In this document: piece by piece, positions 37,586 through 48,790 of the stretch
How the letters are laid out: the number at the start of each line of letters is the position of its first letter
How positions within the stretch are numbered: the stretch's first letter is position 1
NCBI GenBank assembly: GCA_963764625.1
Contig: CAVXTH010000006.1
Coordinates: 288,001-352,000, forward strand
DNA from: Candidatus Krumholzibacteriota bacterium
Lineage (GTDB): Bacteria > Krumholzibacteriota > Krumholzibacteriia > JAJRXK01
Direction of reading: 5' to 3'
DNA: 64,000 nucleotides
Position numbers and translations under genes: made by a program
The notes under the pieces: generated by a model
What the model saw: only the letters and a program-made list of their open reading frames with translations
Databases searched by the model: none
Told to the model about the DNA's origin: nothing

Positions 37586-39113
37586 ATGAAGACAGGGAAG
37601 ACCCACTGAACTCCACGCAGGGAAAAGGCATCGAAGAGGCGGGCGTTTGGATTCGCGATACGCTCGCTCGAGCCGAGAGTGGTTTCTACCATCTCGGCTA
37701 TTCCTCGGCTCGCCCGGGAAAATGGGAGAAAATCGAAGAGCTGCTCGACAGCACGCACCTCGAGGAGTTTCGCCTCGTGGCCGAGGGGCTACGCGCGCAG
37801 GCGGGAACGGAGGAGGGACTCGTCACCGTGGTGGGTGACGACCAGTCCAGTGCGCGGGCCCGCACCTACCTCGCCTTTCAGGTCGCTCGCCTCTTGGCCC
37901 AGGGTGGTGGGCGCGTTCTTCTCGTTGACGGAGAATTCGAAGAAGACGGGCTGGGGGAATGGTTGGGAGACACCGGTCGTGAAGGGCTGCTGGACGTCGC
38001 TCGTTACGGAGCTTCGCCGGGTGCGACTCTGCAGTCGGTAGGTCTGGATAACGTGGACCTCATGGGAGTCGGAAGCTATCGCCCTCGCGAGAGTGAGCCG
38101 CTGAGTCCCGAGGAACTGCGTGGCGCCCTGCGCCAACTCAAAGCGGTCTGGAACTTCATTTTGATCACGGCTCCCGCGCGCAACGCCCAGGGGGAGTACA
38201 ACCCGCTCTTCTCGCACGGAGACGGAGTCTTGATGGGCGTCACCCTCAAAGGGGAAGCCCGGGATCGGTTCGAAGCGCTGGCAGAAGCCCTCATGGAGAG
38301 GAGCGTGGCGATCTTCGGAGTCATGGCTTTTCCCGAGGCAGCCTCCGAGGGGCTCGGGGCCACGCCCGAGGCGGAGTCTGAGCTTCCACTGGAGACCAAA
38401 GTGCGCCACGTTTCGTCCTCTCCCTACGCGCGGGACCCGCATCCGCACCAGAGCAGCGCACTCTTTCGCCGCATTGCTCTGGGAATCGGTTTGATCCTGG
38501 TTGTCTTCGTTGGAGTGTGGGCCACGATCCAATGGTCACATCGACCGCGCGTCGAATCGGGACCGAGCGATTCGGGGCGAAGGGAATCGCTCGCGGCTGC
38601 GAAGGCACGCCCCGCGAACTCGCCGGCCGCGGTGGTCACGGACTCGAACGCGACCCAGGGACGGGGAAACGGCGGTGGCCATGGTGGATTCAGTGCCCCC
38701 AGACCGCCTCAAATCCGCTATCTTGACCCCGGAGAAGGAAGAGGAGAAGATCGGCGCGAACGAGATCAGCTCCAGCGCAAAGCCCAGCCCGCCCGCGCCC
38801 AAGCTCAGGGACGCGGAGACGGAGCTCAGTAGAGGATTCCCTGGCTGTGGCGCTGCGGCTACGCCCGGAAAATGGTTACGCTCTTCATCCGTGGAGTTTT
38901 CCCGACTCCACCCAGACGCTTCCCTCGCTGCGGAAGCTGCGAGCCGCCGGAATGCAGCCGGTGGTGGTCTCCGCGGAGATCCCGGGGAAGGGAACCTGGT
39001 ATCGGGTGATCGTGGGCAACTACCCGACCCGTCAGGCGGCTCTGAAGGCGCGAAGCCTTCTGTTGACGAGACCGGATGTGGATTATGTCGGTATCGTGAG
39101 AGTCGGCCACTGA
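37582..39113 (+). CDS. Degenerate MinD/BY-kinase-like domain plus TM, linker and SPOR domain; interrupted by one or two frameshifts (about 38660 and 38830)
   Basis: N-domain LA.QVA.LLAQ.G.RVLLVDGE...GLLD...LK..W.FILI.AP...DGVL; TM RRIALGIGLILVVFVGVWATI; C-terminal YAL..WSF...LRAAG...GKGTWYRVIVGNY.TR..A (SPOR) in ORF 38847-39113, which lacks its own export signal. Confidence 0.65.
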
Positions 39114-39161
39114 GGCGACTTTCTAGAATGAGTATTGCTTCGACATGAGGAGAAGGACGGC

Positions 39162-42100
39162 GTGAGACTGAAACGGGTGGAGATGGTGGGCTTCAAGTCC
39201 TTTATGGATCGTACGGTTCTCGATTTCCGTGACGGCGTGACTTCCATTCTGGGTCCCAACGGTTGTGGAAAGAGCAACGTGGTAGACGCGGTTCGCTGGG
39301 TATTGGGAGAACAGAGTCCCAAGCAACTTCGCGGCGAGAAGATGGAAGACGTGATTTTCAAGGGAAGCAGCAAGCGCAAACCGCTTTCCACCGCCGAAGT
39401 CACTCTGGTTTTCGACAACACGGCGGGCAAGCTGAACATCGAATACGATGAAGTGGCGATCACTCGGCGCGTGTCCCGTGAGGGAGGGAGTGACTATTTC
39501 CTCAACAAGACACCGTGCCGGCTGAAAGATCTGAAAGACCTTCTCTACGATACCGGCGCGGGAAACAACGCCTACTCGATCATCGAGCAGGAAATGGTGG
39601 GGCAGGTTCTGAATCCCAGCGAGAACAAAGTGCGCTCGATCCTCGAAGAGGGTTCAGGCGTGGTGCGGTACAAGGCAAAGCGCAAGGAAGCCCTGCGCAA
39701 GCTCGACCTCACCGAACGCGATTTGTTGCGCGTGGAAGACATCATCGACGAGATCGGACACCAGGTTCGCAGTCTCGCCCGCCAAGTGGGAAAGGCCCGG
39801 CGGCACAAGCGCATTTTCGGGGAGCTGAAATCTCTGGAGATCATTCGGGCCCACCACGAGACGATATCCCTCCGGAAGGAGCTCGCCGAATTGCAGGAGC
39901 GCATCGAGGTGCTCCGGGTAGAGGGTTCGGGTGAGGACGCCGAGCTGGCGAAGACCCGCGCCTCCATCGAGGATATGCGTCCTGCGATCGAGGCCCTCGA
40001 GTCCCGCCGTCGGGAAAAGGAACACGAGTTCGCCCGCGTCGAAGCGAAACTGAAGCAGATCGAGGGTGAGTTGTTGGTCCTCAAGGAGCGCCTGGAGAGC
40101 GGGGGGCGTCGTTTGGAGGAGCTCGCGGAGGAACGTGAGCGCACCCAGAGCCGCGCGAGCGAGATCGAGAGCGAGCTTCAAGAGGCGGTGAACGAGCAGT
40201 TCCATCTGCAGGAGCAGCTCGAAGCCACGCGTGAAGACGCTGCGCTAAAGGAGGCCGCCCTGCGTACGGCAGCCCAACTCTACGAGGACTCTCGCAACTC
40301 TCTGGCGGAAGCTCAACAGCTGAGCCTCAGCTTTCTACAGGAAGAGGCGGAGCGCAAGAAGGACGTGGCGACCCAGGAGACGAAGATCCAGTCGCTCGGA
40401 GAACGCGAGAAAGTGCTCGAGTCGAAGTTGCGCGAGAGCGAGGAGCAGCGCAACGCTCTCCGCGAAGAGCTGGTGGAAGTCGAGCAGAGCCTGGCTGGTC
40501 TCGAGACCCAACGCGCCGAGATCGAAGCCGAGATCACGCGGCATCGCGATGCCGAAGCGAACTGTGACAAGTTGGTGGATCGCGCCCTCGATGAGCGCGC
40601 GTCGGCGGCGGACGATCTGGCGCGGGCAGAGAGCCGGCACGAGATCGCGGCCCGGATCGCGGCGGAATACGAAGGATACAGAAGTGGTGCCGCGGCCCTT
40701 CTGAAAGACGAGGCCTCTCGGAAAAACCTGCGGGGAGCGCTAGCGGAGAATCTGACGGTGGAGAAGGGGTACGAGACCGCGTTCGAGTTGCTCTTCGGCG
40801 AGGATGCGGACGCGCTCTTGGTGGACGGACTCGAGGACGCTCACAAGCTCGCAACCCGCCTCTCGAGCGAGAAACTGGGCCAGGGTTCGTTCCTGGTCGA
40901 TCTGGGGAGCGAAGGCCCTACCGCCGCGCAGAAGAAGGACCTCCTGGGACGTCCCGCGCTTGAGCTGGTGCGGATCCGCGGGATGGAAAGCCGGCATCTT
41001 CGCTCATGGCTGGGTCAGGTGAGAGTCGTGGACCGCGCGCGAGAGGCGGTCGAGGCCGCGCTGACGCATGCCGGCGAGGGCATTTCCTTCCTCGCGAAAG
41101 AGGGTCTTTTCATTCGCTCCGACGGACTCGTCCGGGGTGGAGCGGGAAAGAAGCGCGAACTCTCGCTCTTCGGACGTAAGGAGCAGGTGGAGGGTTTGGC
41201 GCAGGAGGTCGAGACCCTGCGGTCTCGCCTCAGGGAGAAAGTGGAAGCCCTCGAGGATTCGGAAAGGCGCCGCGCCGAGGTGCGGCGCGCGCTGGCCGAA
41301 TCGCTGCAACAGCTCCGGACACGGCAAGACGAAGCTAAAGAGGTGGCCCAGCGAGCGGCGTCGAAGCGATCCGCCCTCGAGCAGAAGGAACAGGCGCGCG
41401 AGAGCTTCGCGGCAGAGCACGAAGAGGTGCGCCGCCGTCTCGGCGAACTCTTCGCTCACCTGGAATCCATGCAGCTTGGTTTGGGCCTCCATGACGTGGA
41501 TCGCGAGGCTTCACGCGAGAAAGTGAGCGAACTGGGAGAGAGGGTGCGCATTCAGGAAGAAGAGCGCGGGAACGCCGCCGAGGCGCACGCTCAAGCTCGC
41601 CTGGTCCTCACGCAGAAGGAAGGCGAGGCCCGGGAACTCGAGAGCCGACTGCATCGGTTGCGGGCCATGCAACAGGACTTGGATGCACGCACGAGCCGTC
41701 TGCGAGACGAAGACACGATCCTGAACCAACAGACGAAGGCCTGGCGATCCCAGCTCACCGAACACGAGGGGGAGCTCGAGTCTCTCTTCAAGGATCGCGG
41801 GCTTCGCGAAGAGGAGATGCGCGGGCTGCGCGAGGAGGTGGACACGCGCCGCGAGGGAATGGAAAAGGCCCAGGAGCACATGCGTGAGATCTCCGAGCAA
41901 CAACGCGAAAAGGCCAAGACTCTGGGAGAGATGGAAAACACCGTCACGCGAGACCGCCTCACCATCGAAAACTTCGAGGAGCGCATCCAGGAGAAGTATC
42001 GTGTGAGCATCGAGGCCGGGTTCGCTTCGCTCGACAGCGAGGATGTTGCCGAAGGAACTGGTCTTCGAGGAGGATACCTATCCCATGGAGCAAGTCATGG

Positions 42101-42876
42101 AGCTCCTGGAGGATCGCAGGACCAAGATCGACAAGCTGGGTCCGGTGAACTTCGCCGCGATGGAGGAATACGATCAGAAGAAGGTGCGGCTCGAGTTTCT
42201 CGAGAAGCAACGGGACGATCTTCTCACGAGCAAGGAACACCTACTCAAGGCCATCGACAAGATCAACCGGACGGCGCGCACCCTGTTTCGGGAGACCTTC
42301 GAGTCAGTGCGAAAGAACTTCCGGGAGATCTTCACTACTCTCTTCGAAGGGGGAGAGGCGGATCTCGAGTTGCTCACGGCCGAGGACCCGCTGGAGGCCG
42401 ATATCCAGATCCACGCGCGGCCCAAGGGCAAGAAGATCGACTCCGTCGCCCTCTTGTCCGGCGGAGAGCGCGCTCTCACCGCCATCGCCTTGCTCTTCTC
42501 GGTCTACCTCATCAAGCCGAGTCCGTTCTGCATTCTCGACGAGGTCGACGCTCCTCTGGACGATCTGAACATCAGCCGATTCGTGCGCTTGATCGAGCGC
42601 TTCCAGGAGCGCACGCAGTTCATCGTGATCACCCACAACAAGCTCTCCATGGAAGCGGCCGATCACCTTTATGGGGTCACCATGGAGGAGAGTGGCGTGA
42701 GCCGTCTGGTCTCGGTGAGCTTCGAGGAACTGGACGCCGGGGATCCGCTGCAGGCGCTGGAGGAAGCGGCGGCCACCCGGGAGCGTGAGGCCACCCCAGG
42801 TGAGCGGCTGGCGGCGGCCAGGGTGGACACTTCCTCGCCGAGCCGGAAGCTGGGACAGATGGAAGAGGAAGGGTAG
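39162..42876 (+). CDS. smc: Chromosome segregation protein SMC (+1 frameshift near 42042)
   Basis: GFKSF, GPNGCGKSN.VDA.RWVLGEQ, hinge; C-terminal LGPVN..A.EEY, LSGGERAL, LDEVDAPLD, ITHNK are in the next frame (ORF 42043-42876). Confidence 0.93.
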
Positions 42877-42880
42877 CTCG

Positions 42881-43822
42881 GTGGTATTCGGGGCGCTGCG
42901 CAATCTGCGGAGAAGTCTGGGAAAGACCTCGGATCAAGTGGTGAGCCGTATTGGCGCGGCCCTGCGCCGCGAAGTCTATCTCACCGAGGAGTTTCTGGAG
43001 GAGGTAGAGGAAATCCTCATCGCGGCCGACGTGGGGGTGGAAGCGTCCACCGAACTGGCCGGGGGTCTTCGCAAGCGCTTGAAAGAGGAGGGAGCCAAAG
43101 CCCAACTCTCCGATGTCACGCGCGTCCTACGTGAGGACGTCGCCCGCTTGGTGGGTGGCGCGCAGGGAGGGGAAGTGGAATTGGGTGGCCCACCTCACGT
43201 GGTGCTGATGGTGGGCGTGAACGGAGTCGGGAAGACCACCTCCATCGCGAAGCTGGCCTATTATCACAAGCAGCGTCAGCGGGACGTTCTGTTGGCGGCG
43301 GCCGACACGTTCCGGGCGGCCGCGGTCGAGCAGCTCGCCGCCTGGTCGCAGCGCGTGGGCGTCGACATCATCAAGCAGGCCATGGGATCCGATCCCGCCT
43401 CGGTCGCCTTCGATGCCCTGGCCTCCGCGAAGGCCAAGAGTCGCGATGTCGTCATCGTGGATACGGCCGGGCGCTTGCACACCAAGGAAGGCTTGATGCG
43501 CGAGCTCGAGAAGATCGCTCGGGTCTGCGGACGTCAGGTCGAGGGTGCGCCGCACGAGACCATTCTCTGCATCGACGCCAACACCGGCCAGAATGGCATC
43601 TCCCAGGCCAAGGAGTTTTCCTCGGTGGTGCCGATCAATTCGATTTTCCTGAGCAAACTCGATGGATCGGCCAAGGGGGGAATCGTGGTCGCGATCGCGC
43701 GTGCGCTCGAAATTCCCGTGCGTTACGTGGGAACAGGCGAAGGCATCGAAGACTTCGCTCTCTTCGACGCCGACGAATTCGCCGCGGGTCTCTTCCGTCT
43801 GCAGGGCGAAGAACTCGCCTAG
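42881..43822 (+). CDS. ftsY: SRP receptor FtsY
   Basis: LI.ADVG, GVNGVGKTT, DTFRAAA, DTAGRL, KLDGSAKGG, G.GE. Confidence 0.96.
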   Translation: MVFGALRNLRRSLGKTSDQVVSRIGAALRREVYLTEEFLEEVEEILIAADVGVEASTELAGGLRKRLKEEGAKAQLSDVTRVLREDVARLVGGAQGGEVELGGPPHVVLMVGVNGVGKTTSIAKLAYYHKQRQRDVLLAAADTFRAAAVEQLAAWSQRVGVDIIKQAMGSDPASVAFDALASAKAKSRDVVIVDTAGRLHTKEGLMRELEKIARVCGRQVEGAPHETILCIDANTGQNGISQAKEFSSVVPINSIFLSKLDGSAKGGIVVAIARALEIPVRYVGTGEGIEDFALFDADEFAAGLFRLQGEELA

Positions 43823-43852
43823 TTCAGATGCCCCGTTTCCCTGGGGAGTGTT

Positions 43853-44965
43853 TTGACCGTGCATTCCGATGAGCACTGGATGCGCCGGGCCCTGTGCCTG
43901 GCCGCGCGCCACGCCGGCGATACGTGGCCCAACCCCACGGTGGGGGCGGTGCTCGTTCGTGAGGGAGAACTCGTGGCTGAAGGGGTCCACGCCGGCGCCG
44001 GCCATCTCCACGCCGAGATCGAGGCTCTGCAACGAGCCAGAGAGAAGTCTCGTGGCAGCACTCTCTACGTGAGCCTCGAACCCTGTCATCATACCGGACG
44101 CACGCCACCCTGTTCGCGGGCCCTGGCCGAGGCCGGTGTGGCGCGCGTGGTCTACGCGGTCAGCGATCGCAATCCTCGGGTGCGAGGGGGAGGCGGAAAC
44201 TGGTTGCGTTCTCAGGGCGTCGAGGTGGTGGAAGGAGCCCTGGCCGACCGCGCCTGGGAGTTGAATCACCCTTTTTTCGAGACGGAAGGGGGCGCGCGCG
44301 CTCACCTCACCCTGAAACTGGCTCTGAGCCTCGATGGCAGAATGGCCCGGTCCTCGGGTCCACAGGAGGATCCGCGCCGAAGACTCATCACCGGGGTGGC
44401 CGCCCACCGCGCGGTGCACCGGATGCGAGCGAGGGCGAGCGTGATCCTGGTGGGACGGCGCACCGTGCTCTGGGACCAACCTCTCCTCAAGGTCCGGCTC
44501 GATTCGGCGCCGCGCCAGCCGCGACGCGCCGTCATCGATCCCCATCTGTCCTTGCGCCCCGACCAACTCGGATCGAGGAATTCCGGGCGACCCTGGCTCA
44601 TTTTCTGTAACCGCGAAGCGGTCGAAGAGCGCGGCCAGCCTCTTTGCGCCCTGGGGCACGAACTCGCGCCTTGCCATGCTGGCTCCAGTGGTGAACTTGA
44701 AGGGAGAGAGATTCTCGAGCACCTGCACCGCATGGGCCTCGGTCAAGTGATGCTCGAAGGAGGCTGGAGGACCGCAACTCACTTCCTTGCTAACGGTTTG
44801 GTCGATCGGCTCCATCTCTTTCTCGCTCCCGTTCTCCTCGGTGGAGACGGGGGTGGCCCCCACGAGTGGATTGGGGCGGAAAGCAGGTGGGAGAGCTATC
44901 TTCTTCGCCGGCGCGGGGAGGACAGCGAGTGGATTCTGCGGAGGAATGACCTGCCAAGATTCTAG
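43853..44965 (+). CDS. ribD: Riboflavin biosynthesis deaminase/reductase
   Basis: PNP.VGAV, HAE, LEPC.HTGRTPPC, KLA.SLDG, EGG. Confidence 0.93.
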   Translation: MTVHSDEHWMRRALCLAARHAGDTWPNPTVGAVLVREGELVAEGVHAGAGHLHAEIEALQRAREKSRGSTLYVSLEPCHHTGRTPPCSRALAEAGVARVVYAVSDRNPRVRGGGGNWLRSQGVEVVEGALADRAWELNHPFFETEGGARAHLTLKLALSLDGRMARSSGPQEDPRRRLITGVAAHRAVHRMRARASVILVGRRTVLWDQPLLKVRLDSAPRQPRRAVIDPHLSLRPDQLGSRNSGRPWLIFCNREAVEERGQPLCALGHELAPCHAGSSGELEGREILEHLHRMGLGQVMLEGGWRTATHFLANGLVDRLHLFLAPVLLGGDGGGPHEWIGAESRWESYLLRRRGEDSEWILRRNDLPRF

Positions 44966-45027
44966 CTGGTCGCGGTCCTTTCCCTGGACCTCGACCCCGA
45001 CCTTTGGGCCAAAGGGAAGCGAGTTTC

Positions 45028-45678
45028 ATGTTCACGGGGATCATCCAGGGGATCGGCGAGGTCGTCTCGGTGCGCCGTAGCGCGAGCGACCGAATCCTGA
45101 CGGTCAGGAACGAGGCGCTCGCTCCCCGACTGGCTCTGGGCGCCAGCATTGCGCTGGATGGCGTCTGCCAGACCGTGGTCGAACTCAGCGGGGAAGCGTT
45201 CACCGTCGAGGCCATGGCGGAGACGCTCCGGGTGACGAGTTTCGGCTCGCTCGAGACGGGTGCGCGGGTGAATCTGGAGCTTCCCGTGGCGGCCGGAGAA
45301 GCGATGGGGGGGCATTTCGTACAGGGTCATGTAGATGGTTTGGCGCGCGTGGAGTCGCGCAAGCGCATGGGTGAAGCGGAGCACTGGCGCTATTCGGCCG
45401 ACGCGGCCCTGGTCGAGCAGATGGTGCCCAAAGGGAGCGTTGCCCTCGACGGAATCAGCCTGACCGTGGGACCGGATCTGGGCCAGGATAGTTTCGAGGT
45501 CTTCCTCATTCCCCACACGCTTTCCGAAACCACCATGGGGTCCAAGAGAGTGGGCGATGCAGTAAACCTGGAAACCGACATTCTCGGCAAGTATCTTCAA
45601 CGTTACTTGCACTCGAGCGATCTACGCTCCAGCCGCTTGGACTGGGCTGCGATCCGCCGCGCTGGATTGGCCGACTGA
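45028..45678 (+). CDS. ribE: Riboflavin synthase (alpha)
   Basis: [49 protein letters not shown]. Confidence 0.95.
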   Translation: MFTGIIQGIGEVVSVRRSASDRILTVRNEALAPRLALGASIALDGVCQTVVELSGEAFTVEAMAETLRVTSFGSLETGARVNLELPVAAGEAMGGHFVQGHVDGLARVESRKRMGEAEHWRYSADAALVEQMVPKGSVALDGISLTVGPDLGQDSFEVFLIPHTLSETTMGSKRVGDAVNLETDILGKYLQRYLHSSDLRSSRLDWAAIRRAGLAD

Positions 45679-45691
45679 AAGAGAAGTGACG

Positions 45692-46960
45692 ATGGACGAC
45701 GGACAAAAGCGGCAAACCAAGGACCCGGGGAGCGATGATCGAGCCCGCATCGATGCCATCGAAAAGGCGGTGGAGCAAATTCGGCGTGGGGGGATGGTCG
45801 TCGTAGTCGATGACGCCGATCGTGAGAACGAAGGCGATCTCATCGTGGCGGCCAAGAGCGCGACCGCGGCCGACATCAATTTCATGGCGACGCACGCGCG
45901 CGGGCTGATCTGTCTCGCGGCCACCCCGGAGAGGCTGGAAGAACTCGAACTCCATCCCATGGTCCATCGCAACACTTCACGACTCGGCACCCACTTCACG
46001 ATCTCGATCGACGCGGTCAAGAACACGAGTACCGGCATTTCCGCGGCCGATCGCGCCGAGACCATTCGACAATTTCTCGATCCGAACACCAAGCCGAATG
46101 ATTTGGCCCGGCCGGGACACATTTTTCCTCTGCAGGCGCAGCCGGGGGGGGTACTCACTCGCGCCGGCCACACCGAGGCCTCGGTCGATCTGGCGAAAAT
46201 GGCAGGACTTCCTCCCGCCGGGGTCCTGTGCGAGATCATGGACGAAGATGGAAGCATGATGCGTATGCCGGGCTTGGAGGAATTCGCCCGTCAGCACTCT
46301 CTGCCTCTCATTACGGTGCGAGATCTGATCGAGTACCGGCAGCACACCGAAAAACTCGTCCGCCGCGAGACCGAGGTGGTACTTCCCACTCCCTTTGGCG
46401 AATTCCGTTTGATGTCGTACAGCAGCAAGGTCGATGCCGAGCATCATTTGGCTCTGGTCATGGGTACGGTCGACGACGACGAACCGGTTCTGGTGCGAGT
46501 GCACAGCGAGTGTCTCACCGGAGATGTATTCCACAGCATGAGGTGCGATTGCGGAGCGCAGCTCGACGCCGCGATGCGTCAGGTGGGAGAGGCGGGTAGA
46601 GGAATCGTTCTCTACATGCGCCAGGAAGGCCGTGGCATCGGGCTCCTCAACAAGCTTCGTGCCTATGCACTGCAAGATGAAGGCGCAGACACGGTGGAGG
46701 CGAACCTAAAGTTGGGATTTCAGCCCGATCTCCGCCACTACGGAGTCGGCGCGCAAATCCTCTGCGATCTCGGCGTCTCCCAGATGCGCCTGCTCACGAA
46801 CAATCCCAAGAAGATCGTTGGCCTCTCGGGTTACGGTTTGGAGGTCGTGGAGAGAGTTGCGTTGGAAGTTGGTTCCAACGATTCCAATCGTCGTTACCTC
46901 ACCACTAAACGTGACAAAATGGGCCACCTTCTGGGCGGGCTCGATGAGAAAGGATCGTGA
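45692..46960 (+). CDS. ribBA: Bifunctional DHBP synthase/GTP cyclohydrolase II
   Basis: [33 protein letters not shown]...[21 protein letters not shown]. Confidence 0.97.
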   Translation: MDDGQKRQTKDPGSDDRARIDAIEKAVEQIRRGGMVVVVDDADRENEGDLIVAAKSATAADINFMATHARGLICLAATPERLEELELHPMVHRNTSRLGTHFTISIDAVKNTSTGISAADRAETIRQFLDPNTKPNDLARPGHIFPLQAQPGGVLTRAGHTEASVDLAKMAGLPPAGVLCEIMDEDGSMMRMPGLEEFARQHSLPLITVRDLIEYRQHTEKLVRRETEVVLPTPFGEFRLMSYSSKVDAEHHLALVMGTVDDDEPVLVRVHSECLTGDVFHSMRCDCGAQLDAAMRQVGEAGRGIVLYMRQEGRGIGLLNKLRAYALQDEGADTVEANLKLGFQPDLRHYGVGAQILCDLGVSQMRLLTNNPKKIVGLSGYGLEVVERVALEVGSNDSNRRYLTTKRDKMGHLLGGLDEKGS

Positions 46961-47439
46961 TGTCCACCGTTTTCGAAGGACACTACGCGAAGACCAAGGG
47001 CAAGCTCGGGATCGTCGTTGCCCGTTTCAATGCGCTGTTTTCCAAGCAGCTCCTCGAAGGTGCGCTCGATGGTTTGCGTCGGCATGGAGTCAGCGAGGAC
47101 GAGGTGGACGTGGTCTGGGTTCCGGGGGCCACGGAGATTCCTCTGGTCTGCCAGCGCATGGCCGAGAGCGGCGAGTATGTTGCCCTCATCGCGCTGGGCG
47201 CGGTCATCCGGGGTGCGACCGCCCACTTCGACTACGTGGCCCAAAGTGTGAGCCGGGGATGCGACCAGGTGAGACTTCAGACCGGAGTGCCGCTGATCAA
47301 CGGAGTATTGACCACGGAAAACCTGGAGCAGGCGATGGAGCGCTCCGGCACCAAGGCGGGAAACAAAGGTTACGACGCCGCCCTCGCCGCTCTCGAGATG
47401 GCGGATCTTCTGCGCCAACTTCCACGAGGAAAAGACTGA
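46960..47439 (+). CDS. ribH: Lumazine synthase
   Basis: [31 protein letters not shown]. Confidence 0.96.
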   Translation: MSTVFEGHYAKTKGKLGIVVARFNALFSKQLLEGALDGLRRHGVSEDEVDVVWVPGATEIPLVCQRMAESGEYVALIALGAVIRGATAHFDYVAQSVSRGCDQVRLQTGVPLINGVLTTENLEQAMERSGTKAGNKGYDAALAALEMADLLRQLPRGKD

Positions 47440-47440
47440 G

Positions 47441-47893
47441 ATGGGTCGACAACGTAAGGCTCGCGAACTCATGGTGCAGGCACTCTACGCCAGCGCGTTG
47501 GGTGGCAAGGGACTGGACGAGGCGGTGAGCGAGCAGATCGAGCGGCGCGGCCCGACCAGTTCCACCATCGAGTACGTCATGAAAGTGAGCCATGAGCTGC
47601 AGCGCGTGGGCGCGGAGCTCGACCGAGAAATCAACGCGGCGCTGACGGGTTGGAGTCCGGAGCGAGTAGGCGTGGTCGAACGGGCGATTCTCCGTCTGGC
47701 TCTGCTCGAGATGATCTATCTGCCCGAGACTCCGGCCAAGGTCGCGATTTCAGAAGCAGTTGACTTGGCGAAGACCTACAGCAGCGACGATGCCGCTCGT
47801 TTCGTGAACGGAGTTCTCGACCACATCCTGAAGGAGCATGAGACGCCGGCCGGCGAAAGCGTCGACGAATCGGCCGGAGAGAAGCATGCCTGA
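47441..47893 (+). CDS. nusB: Transcription antitermination factor NusB
   Basis: R.KARE..VQALY, W...R...VERAILRLA..E, VAISEAV.LAK.Y, FVNGVLD. Confidence 0.95.
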   Translation: MGRQRKARELMVQALYASALGGKGLDEAVSEQIERRGPTSSTIEYVMKVSHELQRVGAELDREINAALTGWSPERVGVVERAILRLALLEMIYLPETPAKVAISEAVDLAKTYSSDDAARFVNGVLDHILKEHETPAGESVDESAGEKHA

Positions 47894-47901
47894 GCCCTCC
47901 G

Positions 47902-47931
47902 TTGCCGACCGGTTTCCCTCGCCGGTATACT
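47902..47931 (+). promoter_or_regulatory. Promoter predicted to give a leaderless mRNA at the start of the glycosylation cluster
   Basis: TTGCCG, 18 bp, TATACT, then 6 nt to ATG 47938; no SD sequence. Confidence 0.55.
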
Positions 47932-47937
47932 CATCCC

Positions 47938-48717
47938 ATGCGTGAATCCCGCAAAGAACACTGGCAGAACTTCTGGGTCGAGGCGGGAAGCCTCAGTCTG
48001 CACGAAGTCTACGGGAATGATGGCCGGATTCTCCGCGAGGTGTTCGGGATCATGAACCCGCAGGGAGCGCGCGTGCTCGAAGTGGGTGCAGGGACGGGTC
48101 GCGACAGCTTGGCCCTGGCGAAGGCCGGAGCTGAGGTGGTCACCCTCGATTACGTGCCCGAAAGCCTCCGTCTAATCCACGAGGCCGCCGACGCCGCTGG
48201 AGCCAGAGTGGCGGTGGTGGGGGGCGACGGGCTCGAGATGCCTTTCGCGGACGGAACATTCGATCTCGTATTCCATCAGGGCCTTTTGGAGCACTTCCGC
48301 GATCCGATTCCCCTCTTGCGCGAAAACGTACGAGTGCTCAAACCGGGGGGAGTTCTGCTCGTCGACGTTCCGCAGCGCTACCACTACTACACCCTCGGAA
48401 AACATGCCCTGATGTTGTTCGATCGCTGGTTCGCGGGGTGGGAGACCGAGTTCACGGTGGCGGAACTCGAGGACTTGTTGAGCTCCATCGGACTCACTGT
48501 CGAACGCAGTTACGGCGACTGGATGGTTCCGGCGCTGTGGTACCGAGCCCTCCGCAAAGTGCTTCTGAAAACCCTGGGTCTTCGCTTGCCCATGTACCCG
48601 CGGGGCATCTGGCCCTTCGCCCCTCTAGCCCAAGGATTTCGGGGCTGGTTCAAGAAGAGCCGGATCTCCCTCTACACCACGATCGTGGTGGGCTGTCTGG
48701 CGCGGAAGCGTGCTTGA
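47938..48717 (+). CDS. Class I SAM-dependent methyltransferase
   Basis: VLEVGAGTG, GD..MPF.DG.FDLV...G.LEH, RVLKPGG. Confidence 0.9.
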   Translation: MRESRKEHWQNFWVEAGSLSLHEVYGNDGRILREVFGIMNPQGARVLEVGAGTGRDSLALAKAGAEVVTLDYVPESLRLIHEAADAAGARVAVVGGDGLEMPFADGTFDLVFHQGLLEHFRDPIPLLRENVRVLKPGGVLLVDVPQRYHYYTLGKHALMLFDRWFAGWETEFTVAELEDLLSSIGLTVERSYGDWMVPALWYRALRKVLLKTLGLRLPMYPRGIWPFAPLAQGFRGWFKKSRISLYTTIVVGCLARKRA

Positions 48718-48790
48718 AGATCCCGTGGGAAGGCGAGAAGATCCACCGCGCGAGGCCACTTTGGGTCACCACTAGACTGGAGCTGCTCCC

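Noticed and set aside
42030-42060. Programmed frameshift or split smc
   Set aside because: No slippery heptamer or stimulator is visible; a single extra G explains it, and similar indels recur across the contig.
43823-43852. FMN riboswitch before ribD
   Set aside because: Only 30 bp separate ftsY and ribD, and no RFN consensus is present.
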